Source: Myxococcota bacterium (GTDB lineage: Bacteria > Myxococcota_A > Polyangia > Nannocystales > Nannocystaceae). Taken from it: 64,000 nt of DNA. The DNA is taken from assembly GCA_039028615.1 (NCBI GenBank), contig JBCCHT010000047.1, positions 1-64,000 of the forward strand. The letters are read 5' to 3'. Position 1 is the first letter of the stretch. Every line of letters starts with the position of its first letter. Below are positions 26,933 through 38,365 of the stretch, piece by piece. Below the pieces are notes generated by a model. It ran no database searches. It was not told where the DNA came from and saw only the letters and a list, made by a program, of their open reading frames with translations. Both the position numbers and the translations under genes were made by a program.

Positions 26933-27868
26933 TCAGAACGTCATCGAGACGGCGAGGCCGGTATGGCGAGCGCTGACCGAGGGCGCGGCTCGGACCTTCA
27001 TGAGGGCCTTGCCTTGCTTCTCGTAGGCGATCGCGTAGCCGAGCAAGCCTGCGCCCGCGGCCATGCCCAAGGCGGCGCCGTCGTTGGCGGCCCAGCGAAG
27101 CGGGCGATAGCGGGCGATGCAGCGGGGATCGCCGTCGCACTGACCTTCGCGGGTCCCGAGCTGATAGTTGGCGCCGATCATCCAGACGGCGGCTGCACCC
27201 ACGGCCAGACCGCCGAGCAGCTTGAGGCCGGTGCGACGTCGGGCATCGCCGCCGCGCAGCTGGACGTCGCGGGTGGCGGCCGCGTTGCCGAGCAAGGTGC
27301 CGGCTCCGGCGGTGCCGGCCACGAACATGGCCATGCCGAACGCGCTATAGCGGGCGCCGACCGGCTCGAACTGTCGGCTCTCGCGACACGAGCGTCCGTC
27401 GGGGTTGCCGCTGTCGAGGCAGCTCTGCAGGGACTTGGCGCGGGCATACTGAAGCCCGAGGGCTCCGGCCATGCCGAGGCTGCCCACCGTGAACACGCCG
27501 AGCGCGTTGCGGCGGAACACCCGAATGCTGTGCATCGTGCGATCGGGATTCGGTCGCACCGGGCTCGCCTGCACCGGGCCCCACGTGGGCGCGGGCGGAG
27601 ACAGCACGGGGGCGGGAGGCGGAGGAGGTCGGCTGACCACCACGGGCGCGGGCGCGGGCTGGGCCACGATGGGGGTCGGCGTCGGCGTCGTCGTCGGCGT
27701 GGTCGTCACCGTGGTGGTCGTGACGACCACGGTGGCGGGAGCCGGAGCGGGCGCGGGGGCCAACTCGGCTGCCGTTGCGGGAGCAGGCGCGGGCGCGGGT
27801 GCCGGGGCGAGGCCGGGACCGCCCGGCGCCATCAAAGCAAACGCAAGCGCGAGCGAAGACGACGGCAT
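26933..27868 (-). CDS. Hypothetical exported/membrane protein with Pro/Ala/Thr-rich N-terminus
   Basis: Signal-like start, (AP)n and Thr runs, several Gly/Ala hydrophobic segments, ends in ...AVSMTF. Confidence 0.7.
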   Translation of the reverse strand: MPSSSLALAFALMAPGGPGLAPAPAPAPAPATAAELAPAPAPAPATVVVTTTTVTTTPTTTPTPTPIVAQPAPAPVVVSRPPPPPAPVLSPPAPTWGPVQASPVRPNPDRTMHSIRVFRRNALGVFTVGSLGMAGALGLQYARAKSLQSCLDSGNPDGRSCRESRQFEPVGARYSAFGMAMFVAGTAGAGTLLGNAAATRDVQLRGGDARRRTGLKLLGGLAVGAAAVWMIGANYQLGTREGQCDGDPRCIARYRPLRWAANDGAALGMAAGAGLLGYAIAYEKQGKALMKVRAAPSVSARHTGLAVSMTF

Positions 27869-28088
27869 AGACGGGACCTAGTCTGACCGAGCGACTCGGA
27901 TTCCGCCGCGATCTAGCCCACAAAGACCGTCCCGCGCCGACGGAGCGGACCGTGGTGGCCATCGAAGCCGGTTTAGCGGCCTCTTGTCGGCCTCGGGCAC
28001 GGGCGTGCGCTTCCGGGGGCGACGGAAGCGCAGCCACCGCGGAGCTGGCTCCAGCCAAGCGAGCGCGATTGGGGGGGCAAGTGTGCCG

Positions 28089-28913
28089 TTAGGGGCCGCC
28101 GCCGTCGTCGCTGCGTTGGGGGAGGGCACGACGTGGAACGATCTCCTCGACGGGGATCGGGTCGGCCGTGCCGGTCTCGCCTGCACCGTCCGCCGCCTCG
28201 TCGCGGCCCTCGGAATCTCCGGGCGAGACCTCGGCGACGACGGGCGTCAGGGCATGGGGCGCGTGCTGGGGTTCGCCGATCACTTCGAGGGGATCGATCG
28301 CATGCCCGTCGAGCTTCACCGTCAAGTGCAAGTGCGGCGCGGTGCTCCGCCCCGAGTTGCCGACCAAGCCGATCGCGGCCCCGCGCCCCACGGGCACCCC
28401 CGCGACCACGAGTAGATCCGACAGGTGTCCGTAGAGGCTCTCCAGCCCATCGCCGTGGTCGACGATGACCATGTTGCCCAACAACGGGTCGTGCCCGACG
28501 AACTCGATCGTCCCGGGTCCGATGGTGAGGACGAGGTCCCCGATGGCGCCGCGGAAGTCGAGCCCGCGGTGGAGTCGAGTGCCGCGCCCGGACACCGGGT
28601 CCACGCGCCAGCCGAAGTACGAGGTGATGTGCACGCTCTGCACGGGCCAGCCGAACCGAGGGCGAGGCCGCAACGCGTCGAGCCCCGGGACTTCGAAAGC
28701 GCAGGTGACCGGAGCGGGCGGCGGGACGTCGGCCACGGGAGCGGGGGCGATGACCTGGTCGTGCTCGACCGTGGGAGCCTCGTCGCGGCTGCATGCGCCC
28801 GCCAGCGACAGCGCCACGACAGCGCATCGGCCCCAACGCGAAACGGGCACGAAGGCCGACGCAGACGAGTCGTGAGCTCGTCTCCAATCGTCCTCGTGCC
28901 CGGCTGCGACCAC
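28089..28913 (-). CDS. M23 family metallopeptidase (lipoprotein-like)
   Basis: ITSYFGWRVDP, HRGLDF, YGHL, GNSGRSTAPHLHL; LAGAC lipobox; start uncertain. Confidence 0.9.
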   Translation of the reverse strand: MVAAGHEDDWRRAHDSSASAFVPVSRWGRCAVVALSLAGACSRDEAPTVEHDQVIAPAPVADVPPPAPVTCAFEVPGLDALRPRPRFGWPVQSVHITSYFGWRVDPVSGRGTRLHRGLDFRGAIGDLVLTIGPGTIEFVGHDPLLGNMVIVDHGDGLESLYGHLSDLLVVAGVPVGRGAAIGLVGNSGRSTAPHLHLTVKLDGHAIDPLEVIGEPQHAPHALTPVVAEVSPGDSEGRDEAADGAGETGTADPIPVEEIVPRRALPQRSDDGGGP

Positions 28914-28965
28914 GACCCCGGCCTACGTGGGGCCGGGGTTCGTCGTCAAGCGCTCGAAGGAGCGC

Positions 28966-29865
28966 CTACTCGGGGACGCCGCAGAAGCCGACGTCCATCA
29001 GGCCCGGCGGGGGATCGTCCAGCGCCTGGATGCACTGCTCGGACGGGTCCTCGCACTGCTCGGCCGGCCCGGATACCTCGCACACCGGGGTGCAGCAGGC
29101 ACCCTCGGGGCAGTTGGCCGTGCCACCGCGGCAGATGAGGCCGGGGTTGCAGCTCTGGATGGTGTTGCAGGGATCGCCGTCGGCTCCCTGTCCGTCGGGT
29201 GCACCCGGCAGCGCGCAGACGAAGTTGTCGAACGCCGCGTAGCAGCCCTGTCCCGGCGGGCAGTCTTGGAGGATCGGGTCGCAGGTGATCTCGCAGACGG
29301 GCAACGCACCGTCGTTGAACGAGAAGCACTCGCCGCCGAACTCACACGGTTGCTCGGGCGAGCAGTACTCGAGGCAGGTGCCCATGCCCGTGTTGCCGCT
29401 GACGTTGGTCATGCAGAAGAAGCCCGCGGCACACGTGTCGTTCTCCGCCATGCGCTCGCAGGGCTCGCCCCACAGGTCGTCGCCGATGACCGGTACGCAC
29501 TTGGTCGCGTCGACCGTGGCACCGCCGGGGGTTTGCACGTACGACGTGCACTTTTCTCCCTTGGGGCAGTCCTGCTCGTAGGGGTCGCACTGGCCCACCA
29601 CGCCGCCGTCGGGCGGCATGAGGAACGTCATTCCCGTGTCGTCGCCCGCTTCGCTGCCGTTGTCACCGTTACCGTTGCCGTTGTCGTCGTTGCCGGAGGT
29701 GACCGTTTGCCCCGGGTCGGGCGGCAGCAAGGTCGTCGTGCCCATCCCGTCGTCGTTGGCTCCACTTTCTCCACCACCCGGGTCCTCAGCCGGAGACCCG
29801 CAGCCCCCAGCCATCAGGCCGCCCAACAACACCGAAAATGCCCATGTCCGTCGCCGTATCATCAT
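28966..29865 (-). CDS. Cys-rich myxobacterial lipoprotein
   Basis: LMAGGC lipobox; CDPYEQDCPKGEKC and CDPILQDCPPGQGC repeats; CCTPVC. Confidence 0.8.
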   Translation of the reverse strand: MMIRRRTWAFSVLLGGLMAGGCGSPAEDPGGGESGANDDGMGTTTLLPPDPGQTVTSGNDDNGNGNGDNGSEAGDDTGMTFLMPPDGGVVGQCDPYEQDCPKGEKCTSYVQTPGGATVDATKCVPVIGDDLWGEPCERMAENDTCAAGFFCMTNVSGNTGMGTCLEYCSPEQPCEFGGECFSFNDGALPVCEITCDPILQDCPPGQGCYAAFDNFVCALPGAPDGQGADGDPCNTIQSCNPGLICRGGTANCPEGACCTPVCEVSGPAEQCEDPSEQCIQALDDPPPGLMDVGFCGVPE

Positions 29866-30041
29866 GCCCCTCGTGTTCAGGAAGACCTGCGCGACGCCCG
29901 CGCGACCGTGTCGGTCTCCCTCTGTCTTTTCCATACTACGAACCTGAGCTGTCATTCTAGTCGAAACTGCCACTCCTTGCGGATGGCGGGCCGGTCCGGG
30001 CCAGGCGCAATTGTCGCGCCCTTTGGTGTACAACCGTAGCG

Positions 30042-31079
30042 ATGGACACAAAGGAACCGCTGCGCACCGTCACCGTGCTCGGAGCGGGAAGCTGGGGAAC
30101 GGCCCTGGCCCTGCACGCAGCCCGGAGAGGTCGACCCACCACCCTGTGGACCCGTAGGGCCGATCACCATGCGGCGATGGTCCAAGCCGGCCACAACACG
30201 CGCTATCTGCGTGATTTCCCGTTCCCCGAGGGGCTCTCGAGCACCGACGATCTCGACGCCGCCCTCGACGGGGCCGAGCTCATCATCTGTGGCGTGCCCA
30301 GCCATGGCATGCGCGCGATGATGAAGCGCGTCGCCGCGTTCTACGAAGGACGCGATGCCCCGGCCCCGATGTACCTCGTTGCGGCCAAGGGCATCGAGGT
30401 CGACACCCTGGACAACATGCACCAGGTGCTGGCGGCCGAGCTGCCCCCGAGCCACCGCGAGCGCGTGGCCGCCCTGGGCGGGCCGAGCTTTGCGGCCGAG
30501 GTCGCCAAGGGGTTGCCGACCACGGTGGTCGTGGGCAGCGAGCACGAAAACGTGGGTCTTTCGATCCAGCAGCTGCTGTCGGGCGATGGCGTACGGGCCT
30601 ACGTCACGGACGACATCTTGGGCGTCGAGCTGGGCGGTGCCTTCAAAAATGTCATCGCGATGGCGGCGGGCATCGGTGATGGCGCCGGGCTGGGGGACAA
30701 CGCCCGGGCGGGCATCATCACCCGTGGCTTGGCCGAGATCAGTCGATTGGCGATCGAGCTGGGGGCCCTACCGGCGACCTTGTCGGGGTTGGCCGGGCTC
30801 GGCGACCTCGTGCTCACGTGTACGGGCGGCCTTTCTCGGAACCGTCGCGTGGGGATCGCGTTGGGGCAGGGGAAGAAGCTCGAGGAGATCCTCGAGGAAA
30901 TGGGAATGGTTGCGGAGGGGGTCAAGAACACCAAGTCGGCGTATCGGCTGGCCGCCCAAAAGGGGGTCGAGATGCCACTCGTGGCCACCATGTACGCGAT
31001 CCTGTACGAGGATATGGCCGTTCGCGAGGCGGTGGCCGGCCTGATGGGCCGGGCGCTCAAGGCCGAGCGCGAATGGTGA
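30042..31079 (+). CDS. gpsA: NAD(P)H-dependent glycerol-3-phosphate dehydrogenase
   Basis: GAGSWGTALA, KGIE, GPSFA, GGAFKNVIA, GDLVLTC, SRN, VAEG. Confidence 0.96.
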   Translation: MDTKEPLRTVTVLGAGSWGTALALHAARRGRPTTLWTRRADHHAAMVQAGHNTRYLRDFPFPEGLSSTDDLDAALDGAELIICGVPSHGMRAMMKRVAAFYEGRDAPAPMYLVAAKGIEVDTLDNMHQVLAAELPPSHRERVAALGGPSFAAEVAKGLPTTVVVGSEHENVGLSIQQLLSGDGVRAYVTDDILGVELGGAFKNVIAMAAGIGDGAGLGDNARAGIITRGLAEISRLAIELGALPATLSGLAGLGDLVLTCTGGLSRNRRVGIALGQGKKLEEILEEMGMVAEGVKNTKSAYRLAAQKGVEMPLVATMYAILYEDMAVREAVAGLMGRALKAEREW

Positions 31080-31139
31080 GCTTCGGGTCCATGCCGGCCC
31101 TTGGCTCCAATTTTGATATCCGCTAGGCTACGGCCGACC

Positions 31140-32723
31140 TTGAGCAACATCGAGCCCACGCCCTTTGGGGACAAGTATGTGCTGGTCGAGCACATCGCGA
31201 CCGGCGGGATGGCCGAAATCTATCGAGCCCAGTACGCGGGTATCGAAGGCTTCGCCAAGGAACTGGTCGTCAAGACACTGCGCGAGGAGTTCGCCGCGCG
31301 ACCCGACGTCGTGGGCATGTTCCTCGACGAGGCGCGCGTCGCCGCCACGCTGACCCACAACAACGTCGTCCACACGTACGACCTGGGTGAGATCGGCGGC
31401 GAGTACTTCATCGCGATGGAGCTGCTCAAGGGCGAGGAGCTCGTCCAGGTCTTGCGGACCTCGATGCAGGTCGGCCGACCGATTCCTCTCGAGATCGGAA
31501 TCGGCATCATCATGCAGGCCTGCGAGGGTCTGCACTACGTGCACAGCTGGACCGACGAATCCGGCGCGCCGCTCGGCCTGGTCCACCGCGACATCAACCC
31601 CACCAACATCCACGTCGGCTACGACGGGACGTGCAAGGTGCTCGACTTCGGCATCGCGGCCACGCGGGCCTCGGCCGTCGCCAAGAAGGGGCAGGTCGCG
31701 GGCAAGCTGGCCTACATGGCGCCCGAGCAGCTGCAGGGCGCGGCCATCGATCACCGCGCCGACATCTTCGCGCTGGGCGTCGTGCTCTACGAGATGTGCC
31801 TCGGTCGTCGACTCTTCCGCGGCCGTCGTGAAGACGTCGCCCGTCGCGTGCTCGAGGGCGACATCCCGCCGCCCACGTTCGTGGACCCGCAGTTCCCCCC
31901 CACGCTCGAAGCGATCATCATGAAGTCGCTCGAGGTCGATCCGGGCGAGCGTTACCACAACTGCGATCACCTGTTCCGCGACCTCGAAGCCTTCCTCCAA
32001 GAAGAGGGTCAGGCGGCGAGCCCCCGCAAGGTCTCGGCCATGATGGTCGAGCTGTTCGGCGAGGGCGCTCCGGCCAAGGTCAACTACGACGATCAGTACG
32101 ACGACCTCGAAGACGAAGCCCTCGACTTCGACGCCTTCGAGCGCATCGACGATTCCAACGCCGACGACGACGACGAGCCGCCCGACTGGGCGAAGGATCT
32201 CGGCGGCGGCGGAGCCGAAGCCAACGCGCCCTCGGCCAAGCGCCGCGCGATGACCATCGGCAACATCGAGGCCCTGGTGGCGCAGGGCGGACTCGACGAG
32301 ACGGGGCCCAACCTGGCCGTCGGCGGCGGGAACCAGGCGCCGGTCCAACGGCCCAAGCGCAGCGCGCCCGCGACGTCGGGCAAGCACCGCATCGTGCCCG
32401 TCGGCGAAGCCGAGCTCGCCCAGAAGACCCGCGGTGGTCGAACCGGGAGTTCCCGTCAGCGCACGCCCTCGAGCCCGCAGGCGGCCCTGCGTCGCGGTCG
32501 CATGACCGGTCGGCACTCGGCCCCGGGCACCGGGCGACAAGCCACCCTGAACACCACCGGGCCCTTGGCTACGGTCGCGTCGGATGCTGCCTCGGGCCGG
32601 ACCTTCGGCCACGCGGTGGTCACCCAGCAAAAGAAGGGCACCTCCGCGTGGGTGTGGCTCCTTGCGCTCGCGGCCATCGCTGGGCTCGGCTACTTCGCGT
32701 ACAACCTGTTTACCTCGAAGTGA
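31140..32723 (+). CDS. Ser/Thr protein kinase with C-terminal membrane anchor
   Basis: IATGGMAEIY, HRDINPTN, DFGIA, YMAPEQ; C-terminal WVWLLALAAIAGLGYFAY; start uncertain (31101 or TTG 31140). Confidence 0.92.
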   Translation: MSNIEPTPFGDKYVLVEHIATGGMAEIYRAQYAGIEGFAKELVVKTLREEFAARPDVVGMFLDEARVAATLTHNNVVHTYDLGEIGGEYFIAMELLKGEELVQVLRTSMQVGRPIPLEIGIGIIMQACEGLHYVHSWTDESGAPLGLVHRDINPTNIHVGYDGTCKVLDFGIAATRASAVAKKGQVAGKLAYMAPEQLQGAAIDHRADIFALGVVLYEMCLGRRLFRGRREDVARRVLEGDIPPPTFVDPQFPPTLEAIIMKSLEVDPGERYHNCDHLFRDLEAFLQEEGQAASPRKVSAMMVELFGEGAPAKVNYDDQYDDLEDEALDFDAFERIDDSNADDDDEPPDWAKDLGGGGAEANAPSAKRRAMTIGNIEALVAQGGLDETGPNLAVGGGNQAPVQRPKRSAPATSGKHRIVPVGEAELAQKTRGGRTGSSRQRTPSSPQAALRRGRMTGRHSAPGTGRQATLNTTGPLATVASDAASGRTFGHAVVTQQKKGTSAWVWLLALAAIAGLGYFAYNLFTSK

Positions 32724-32740
32724 TCGGCGACTCTCTCTCG

Positions 32741-33445
32741 ATGGCGAACAACGGCAACGGGCTACCCACCTGGAACAAGTTCGCCGCCTTTGAGGTGTTC
32801 GGCGACTACTCCCCCACGCCCGGGTTTCGGGTGATGGTGCGGATCGGGGCTGAGCCCGACCGCCTGCGCGCACTGCTCGAGAAGCGAGCGCCCAGCAGCG
32901 AGGTGCTCGATCCCGACTTGGCGCGGGCGCACCTGCGCGCCGGCCTCGGCTTGCTCCGCAGCGGTCTCGTTCGCTTTGCCTACGCGACCACCGAGGAGGT
33001 CGTCGTGATGCTCACCGACGACGCGGTGAAGCAGGGCGGGGCCTCGGTCGAAGTGCAGAGCCGGCTGGTCTCCGACTACTCGTCGGCGCTGTCGCTGTTG
33101 CTCGGGCAGCAGGTCTGCGCCAGCGCGTGCATCTACGAGCTGCCCGACGTCTCGGTGGCCCGGCGGGGGCTGGTGGCCTTGGCCGAGGACGTCGAAGAAA
33201 ATACGCCGCGGCGCAGCGCGATGTGGCTGGGAGCGCAGCTCCAAGGTCGCGGCCAGCCCTTCCACCCCTCGATGGTGGAGACGCTCGAAGAGCAGAGCCA
33301 CTTGCTGCAGAGCAACGGCATCGACATGGACGCCCTGCCCGCATGGTGGTGGCGCGGCATGGCGGCGGTGAGCAACGGCAGCGGCGTCGACGTGTACGAC
33401 GAGCTGCCGTCGGGCGATGAGCTCGGCCGGCTCGTCAGCGAATGA
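32741..33445 (+). CDS. Divergent Thg1-like (tRNAHis guanylyltransferase / 3'-5' polymerase fold) protein, catalytic motifs degenerate
   Basis: Colinear resemblance to bacterial Thg1-like proteins (FEVFGD, SLLLG, ELP, NGIDMDALPAWWWRG, DELP), but RLDG reads RIGA and SDE reads TEE; stop overlaps the hemW start (ATGA). Confidence 0.65.
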   Translation: MANNGNGLPTWNKFAAFEVFGDYSPTPGFRVMVRIGAEPDRLRALLEKRAPSSEVLDPDLARAHLRAGLGLLRSGLVRFAYATTEEVVVMLTDDAVKQGGASVEVQSRLVSDYSSALSLLLGQQVCASACIYELPDVSVARRGLVALAEDVEENTPRRSAMWLGAQLQGRGQPFHPSMVETLEEQSHLLQSNGIDMDALPAWWWRGMAAVSNGSGVDVYDELPSGDELGRLVSE

Positions 33446-34581
33446 GCGCGCCCGGGCTCTACGTCCACGTGCCGTTTTGCGCGCGTGCCTGCCCGTACTG
33501 CGACTTCGATTTCCAGGTCGGACGCACCCCGCCCGTGGCCGAGTTCTTGGCTGCGCTCGAGCGTGAGTGTCGGCTCCGCGAGGTCGAGCCCGGGCTCGGC
33601 CTCCGCACCGTGTATATCGGCGGGGGCACGCCCAGCATGCTGGGCCCCGAGGGCATGCGGCAGCTGCTGCGGTGGATCGGGGAGCGCTTCGATCTTCGCG
33701 AGGTCGTGGAGCGGACGGTCGAGCTCAACCCCGAGCACATCGACGAAGCCCTGCTCGATGCGCTGCGAGAGCAGGGGGTCGACCGCGTGTCGCTGGGGGT
33801 GCAGTCCCTGGGGACGGATGCGCTGGCCGAGCTCGGTCGGGTGCATCGGGCGGAGCAAGCTCGGCGCGCGTTGGTGTCGTGTGTCGAGCACGGGCTGCGG
33901 GTCTCCGCCGACCTCATCGTGGGATGGCCGGGGCAGACGCGGGCTCAGCTACTCGCCGACTTGGCTGGAGTCTTGGAGACCGGGATCGATCACCTCTCGA
34001 TCTATGCGCTGACCGTCGAGCCAGGTACGCCGTGGGAGCGACTCGCGGCGCGGGGCCGACGCGGGGTCCCGGATGCCGACGCCCAAGCGGATCGACTGAG
34101 CGAAGCCGCGCAGTTTCTCGGCGAGGCGGGCTTCGAGCACTACGAAGTCGCGAGCTACTGTCGACCGGGCGCGCGGGCGCAGCACAACCACGGCTACTGG
34201 ACCTGGCGCGACTATCTCGGTCTCGGGCCGTCGGCGGCCTCGGCTCGCCATTGCGCCGACGGTTCGGTGCATCGGCGCACGAATCGGCGCGGGTTCGGGG
34301 CCTGGGCGGCGGCACCGAACGACGAGACCAGCGAAGAACGGCTGGAGCCGGGCGAAGCGGCGGTCGAGGGGCTGTGGGTCGGGTTGCGCGCGCTCGACGG
34401 CTTCGAGGTCGCCGCCTGGCGGGCGCGCTTTCCCGTGTACGACGAACCCTGGCTCCGGGCCGCGGTCGCGCGTCAGCTCGCCAAGGGCAACCTCGACTGG
34501 ACGAACGGGGTAATACGCGTCGCAGAGGGCCGGTGGCTGTGGCATGACGAGATCGGCGCAGATCTCCTGACCGCGGGCTAA
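33442..34581 (+). CDS. hemW: Radical SAM heme chaperone HemW
   Basis: YVHVPFCARACPYCDF, YIGGGTPS, RVSLGVQS, HNHGYW; position upstream of hrcA. Confidence 0.9.
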   Translation: MSAPGLYVHVPFCARACPYCDFDFQVGRTPPVAEFLAALERECRLREVEPGLGLRTVYIGGGTPSMLGPEGMRQLLRWIGERFDLREVVERTVELNPEHIDEALLDALREQGVDRVSLGVQSLGTDALAELGRVHRAEQARRALVSCVEHGLRVSADLIVGWPGQTRAQLLADLAGVLETGIDHLSIYALTVEPGTPWERLAARGRRGVPDADAQADRLSEAAQFLGEAGFEHYEVASYCRPGARAQHNHGYWTWRDYLGLGPSAASARHCADGSVHRRTNRRGFGAWAAAPNDETSEERLEPGEAAVEGLWVGLRALDGFEVAAWRARFPVYDEPWLRAAVARQLAKGNLDWTNGVIRVAEGRWLWHDEIGADLLTAG

Positions 34582-34610
34582 AAGCGCGGCTAAAGCGCGC
34601 TCTGTGTTTG

Positions 34611-34637
34611 CGTGCACTCGCCTCGCCCGAGGGTTAG
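34611..34637. promoter_or_regulatory. Degenerate CIRCE-like operator upstream of hrcA
   Basis: CGTGCACTC-N9-GAGGGTTAG versus consensus TTAGCACTC-N9-GAGTGCTAA (6/9 per arm, exact 9-nt spacer), 12 nt before the hrcA ATG. Confidence 0.55.
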
Positions 34638-34649
34638 ATTCTCCGGGCG

Positions 34650-35762
34650 ATGGACGAGGCGGCCCACGAGGAGCGCGTGTCGCTCAGCGAGCGACAGCAG
34701 CAAATCCTGCGCGCCGTGTGTCGTGACTTCATCGTCTCCGGAGACGAGTCGGGCTCGGCCGCGTTGGCTCGCCGTCACGGCTTCCGTTGGTCGTCGGCCA
34801 CCTTGCGCCAGGAGTTGGCCGCGCTCGAGCGGCACGGCTTGCTGCGTCGACCCCATCGCTCCGCCGGGTGCTCACCCACCAAGGCGGGCCTGCGGCACTA
34901 CGTCGAGTCGCTGCCCACCGGGGCCTCGCCCGAGCCCACCATCGTGTGCGCCGTCGACCGCAGCCTCGAGCACCTGCGGGACGATCCGGGTCGAGGCATG
35001 CGAACGGCGGTGTGTGTGCTCAGCGAGGTGTTCGGATGCCTGGCCGTCTCGTACCTGGGCACGGCGCAGGCCGGTCGCATGGAGCAGGTCGACGTCGTGC
35101 CGCTGGTCGGTCCACGGGCGCTGGTGGTGCTGACCCTCGAGGGTGGTGCCTCCCAGGTTCAACCCGTCGACCTGGACCTCCCCGAAGGGGCGGACACGGG
35201 GTCCGAGTTGGGCCGCCTCCAGCACCGACTGCGATCGTTATGCGTCGGTCGAACCTTGCCCGATGCCCGCGATGCGCTGCTCGAGCGACTCGGCGAGCGA
35301 GAGGCTCAAGCCGATCGGTTGCTCGCCCGCATGTTGCAAGTCGTCGTGACCTTGTGCGGCGTGAGTCCCCTCGATCCGTTGTGGATGCAGATCGCCGGTC
35401 AGCCTTCGCTGGCCCGGGGCGTGGCCGATGCCGATCGCCTGGGCGACGTCCTGACCCTGCTCGAAGACGACCAACGCTTGGCCGAGGTGCTCGACCAGCT
35501 GCTGCCCGCGTCGGCCGACGGCCGCCCGCGGGCCCAAGTTCACGTGGGGATGCCCGGGTTGCTCGAAGGGGCCGCCGCCGGCACGAGCGAAGCCGTGACG
35601 AGCCCCGGTCTGAGCCTCGTGGGCTGCCGGGTGCCGATGGCGGGGGGAGGCCCCGATCGAGGTGCGGTTGCGTTACTGGGCTCGGCCCGGATGGATTACG
35701 CCACCGTGATTCCTCTGATAGAGTACGCCGCCCGAGCGCTTGCGGCGCAAATGTGCGCCTGA
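34650..35762 (+). CDS. hrcA: Heat-inducible transcription repressor HrcA (divergent)
   Basis: LSERQQQILRAV, SSATLRQELAALE, PHRSAG, ARMDY; hemW-hrcA-grpE-dnaK-dnaJ order. Confidence 0.88.
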   Translation: MDEAAHEERVSLSERQQQILRAVCRDFIVSGDESGSAALARRHGFRWSSATLRQELAALERHGLLRRPHRSAGCSPTKAGLRHYVESLPTGASPEPTIVCAVDRSLEHLRDDPGRGMRTAVCVLSEVFGCLAVSYLGTAQAGRMEQVDVVPLVGPRALVVLTLEGGASQVQPVDLDLPEGADTGSELGRLQHRLRSLCVGRTLPDARDALLERLGEREAQADRLLARMLQVVVTLCGVSPLDPLWMQIAGQPSLARGVADADRLGDVLTLLEDDQRLAEVLDQLLPASADGRPRAQVHVGMPGLLEGAAAGTSEAVTSPGLSLVGCRVPMAGGGPDRGAVALLGSARMDYATVIPLIEYAARALAAQMCA

Positions 35763-35836
35763 GTCCACTCGAAAGGCCTTTCGGCCGTTCGGACCGGGCG
35801 CCCCGACCCCGGCCACGCGGCGAGAACGGACACAGC

Positions 35837-36523
35837 ATGAGCGGTAACAAGGACCAGCCCGCGACGGGCACCGAGGATGAGATGAGCGCGGAGATTGAGC
35901 GAACGATGGCCGAAGCCGAAGCAGCCGTGACCTCCATCGGTGACGAAGTCGAGCAGAGCACCGACGCCGCCGTCGAGCCCGAAATCGTCGAGGACGACGA
36001 CGAAGAGACCATCGACTTCGATGCGGAGCTCGCCGAGAAGGACGCGGAGATCGCCAAGCTCAAGGACAAGTGGCTGCGAGCGGTCGCCGACCACGAGAAC
36101 TACAAGAAGCGGGTCAAGCGGGACATCGACGACGCCACCGCGCGCGCGACCCAGAGCCTGCTGACCGGCTTTCTGCCCACGGTCGACAACCTCGAGCGCG
36201 CGCTCGAGATCGCCGAGCCCGCGGTCAAGCAGGCCAGCGACGACAACGTCGGCAACGTCGAACAGGTGGTCAAAGGCCTGCGGATGGTTCGCGACGAGTT
36301 CCTCGCCAACCTCAAGAAGAACGACATCGAGCCCGTGCCGGCGGTGGGCGTGGCCTTCGACCCCGCCATCCACGACGCGCTCCAGCAGATCGACTCCCCG
36401 GACCACGCGCCGGGCGTGGTCATCCGCGAGTTCGAAAAGGGCTTCAAACGAGGCACCCGACTGCTCCGACCGGCCCGAGTGATCGTGGCTGGCGCGGGCT
36501 CGGGAGGCAGCACGGAGTCCTGA
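35837..36523 (+). CDS. grpE: Nucleotide exchange factor GrpE
   Basis: LRAVADHENYKKR, VDNLERAL, FDPAIHDA, RLLRPARVIV. Confidence 0.95.
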   Translation: MSGNKDQPATGTEDEMSAEIERTMAEAEAAVTSIGDEVEQSTDAAVEPEIVEDDDEETIDFDAELAEKDAEIAKLKDKWLRAVADHENYKKRVKRDIDDATARATQSLLTGFLPTVDNLERALEIAEPAVKQASDDNVGNVEQVVKGLRMVRDEFLANLKKNDIEPVPAVGVAFDPAIHDALQQIDSPDHAPGVVIREFEKGFKRGTRLLRPARVIVAGAGSGGSTES

Positions 36524-36526
36524 GTC

Positions 36527-38362
<1,836 letters not shown>

Positions 38363-38365
38363 CCC

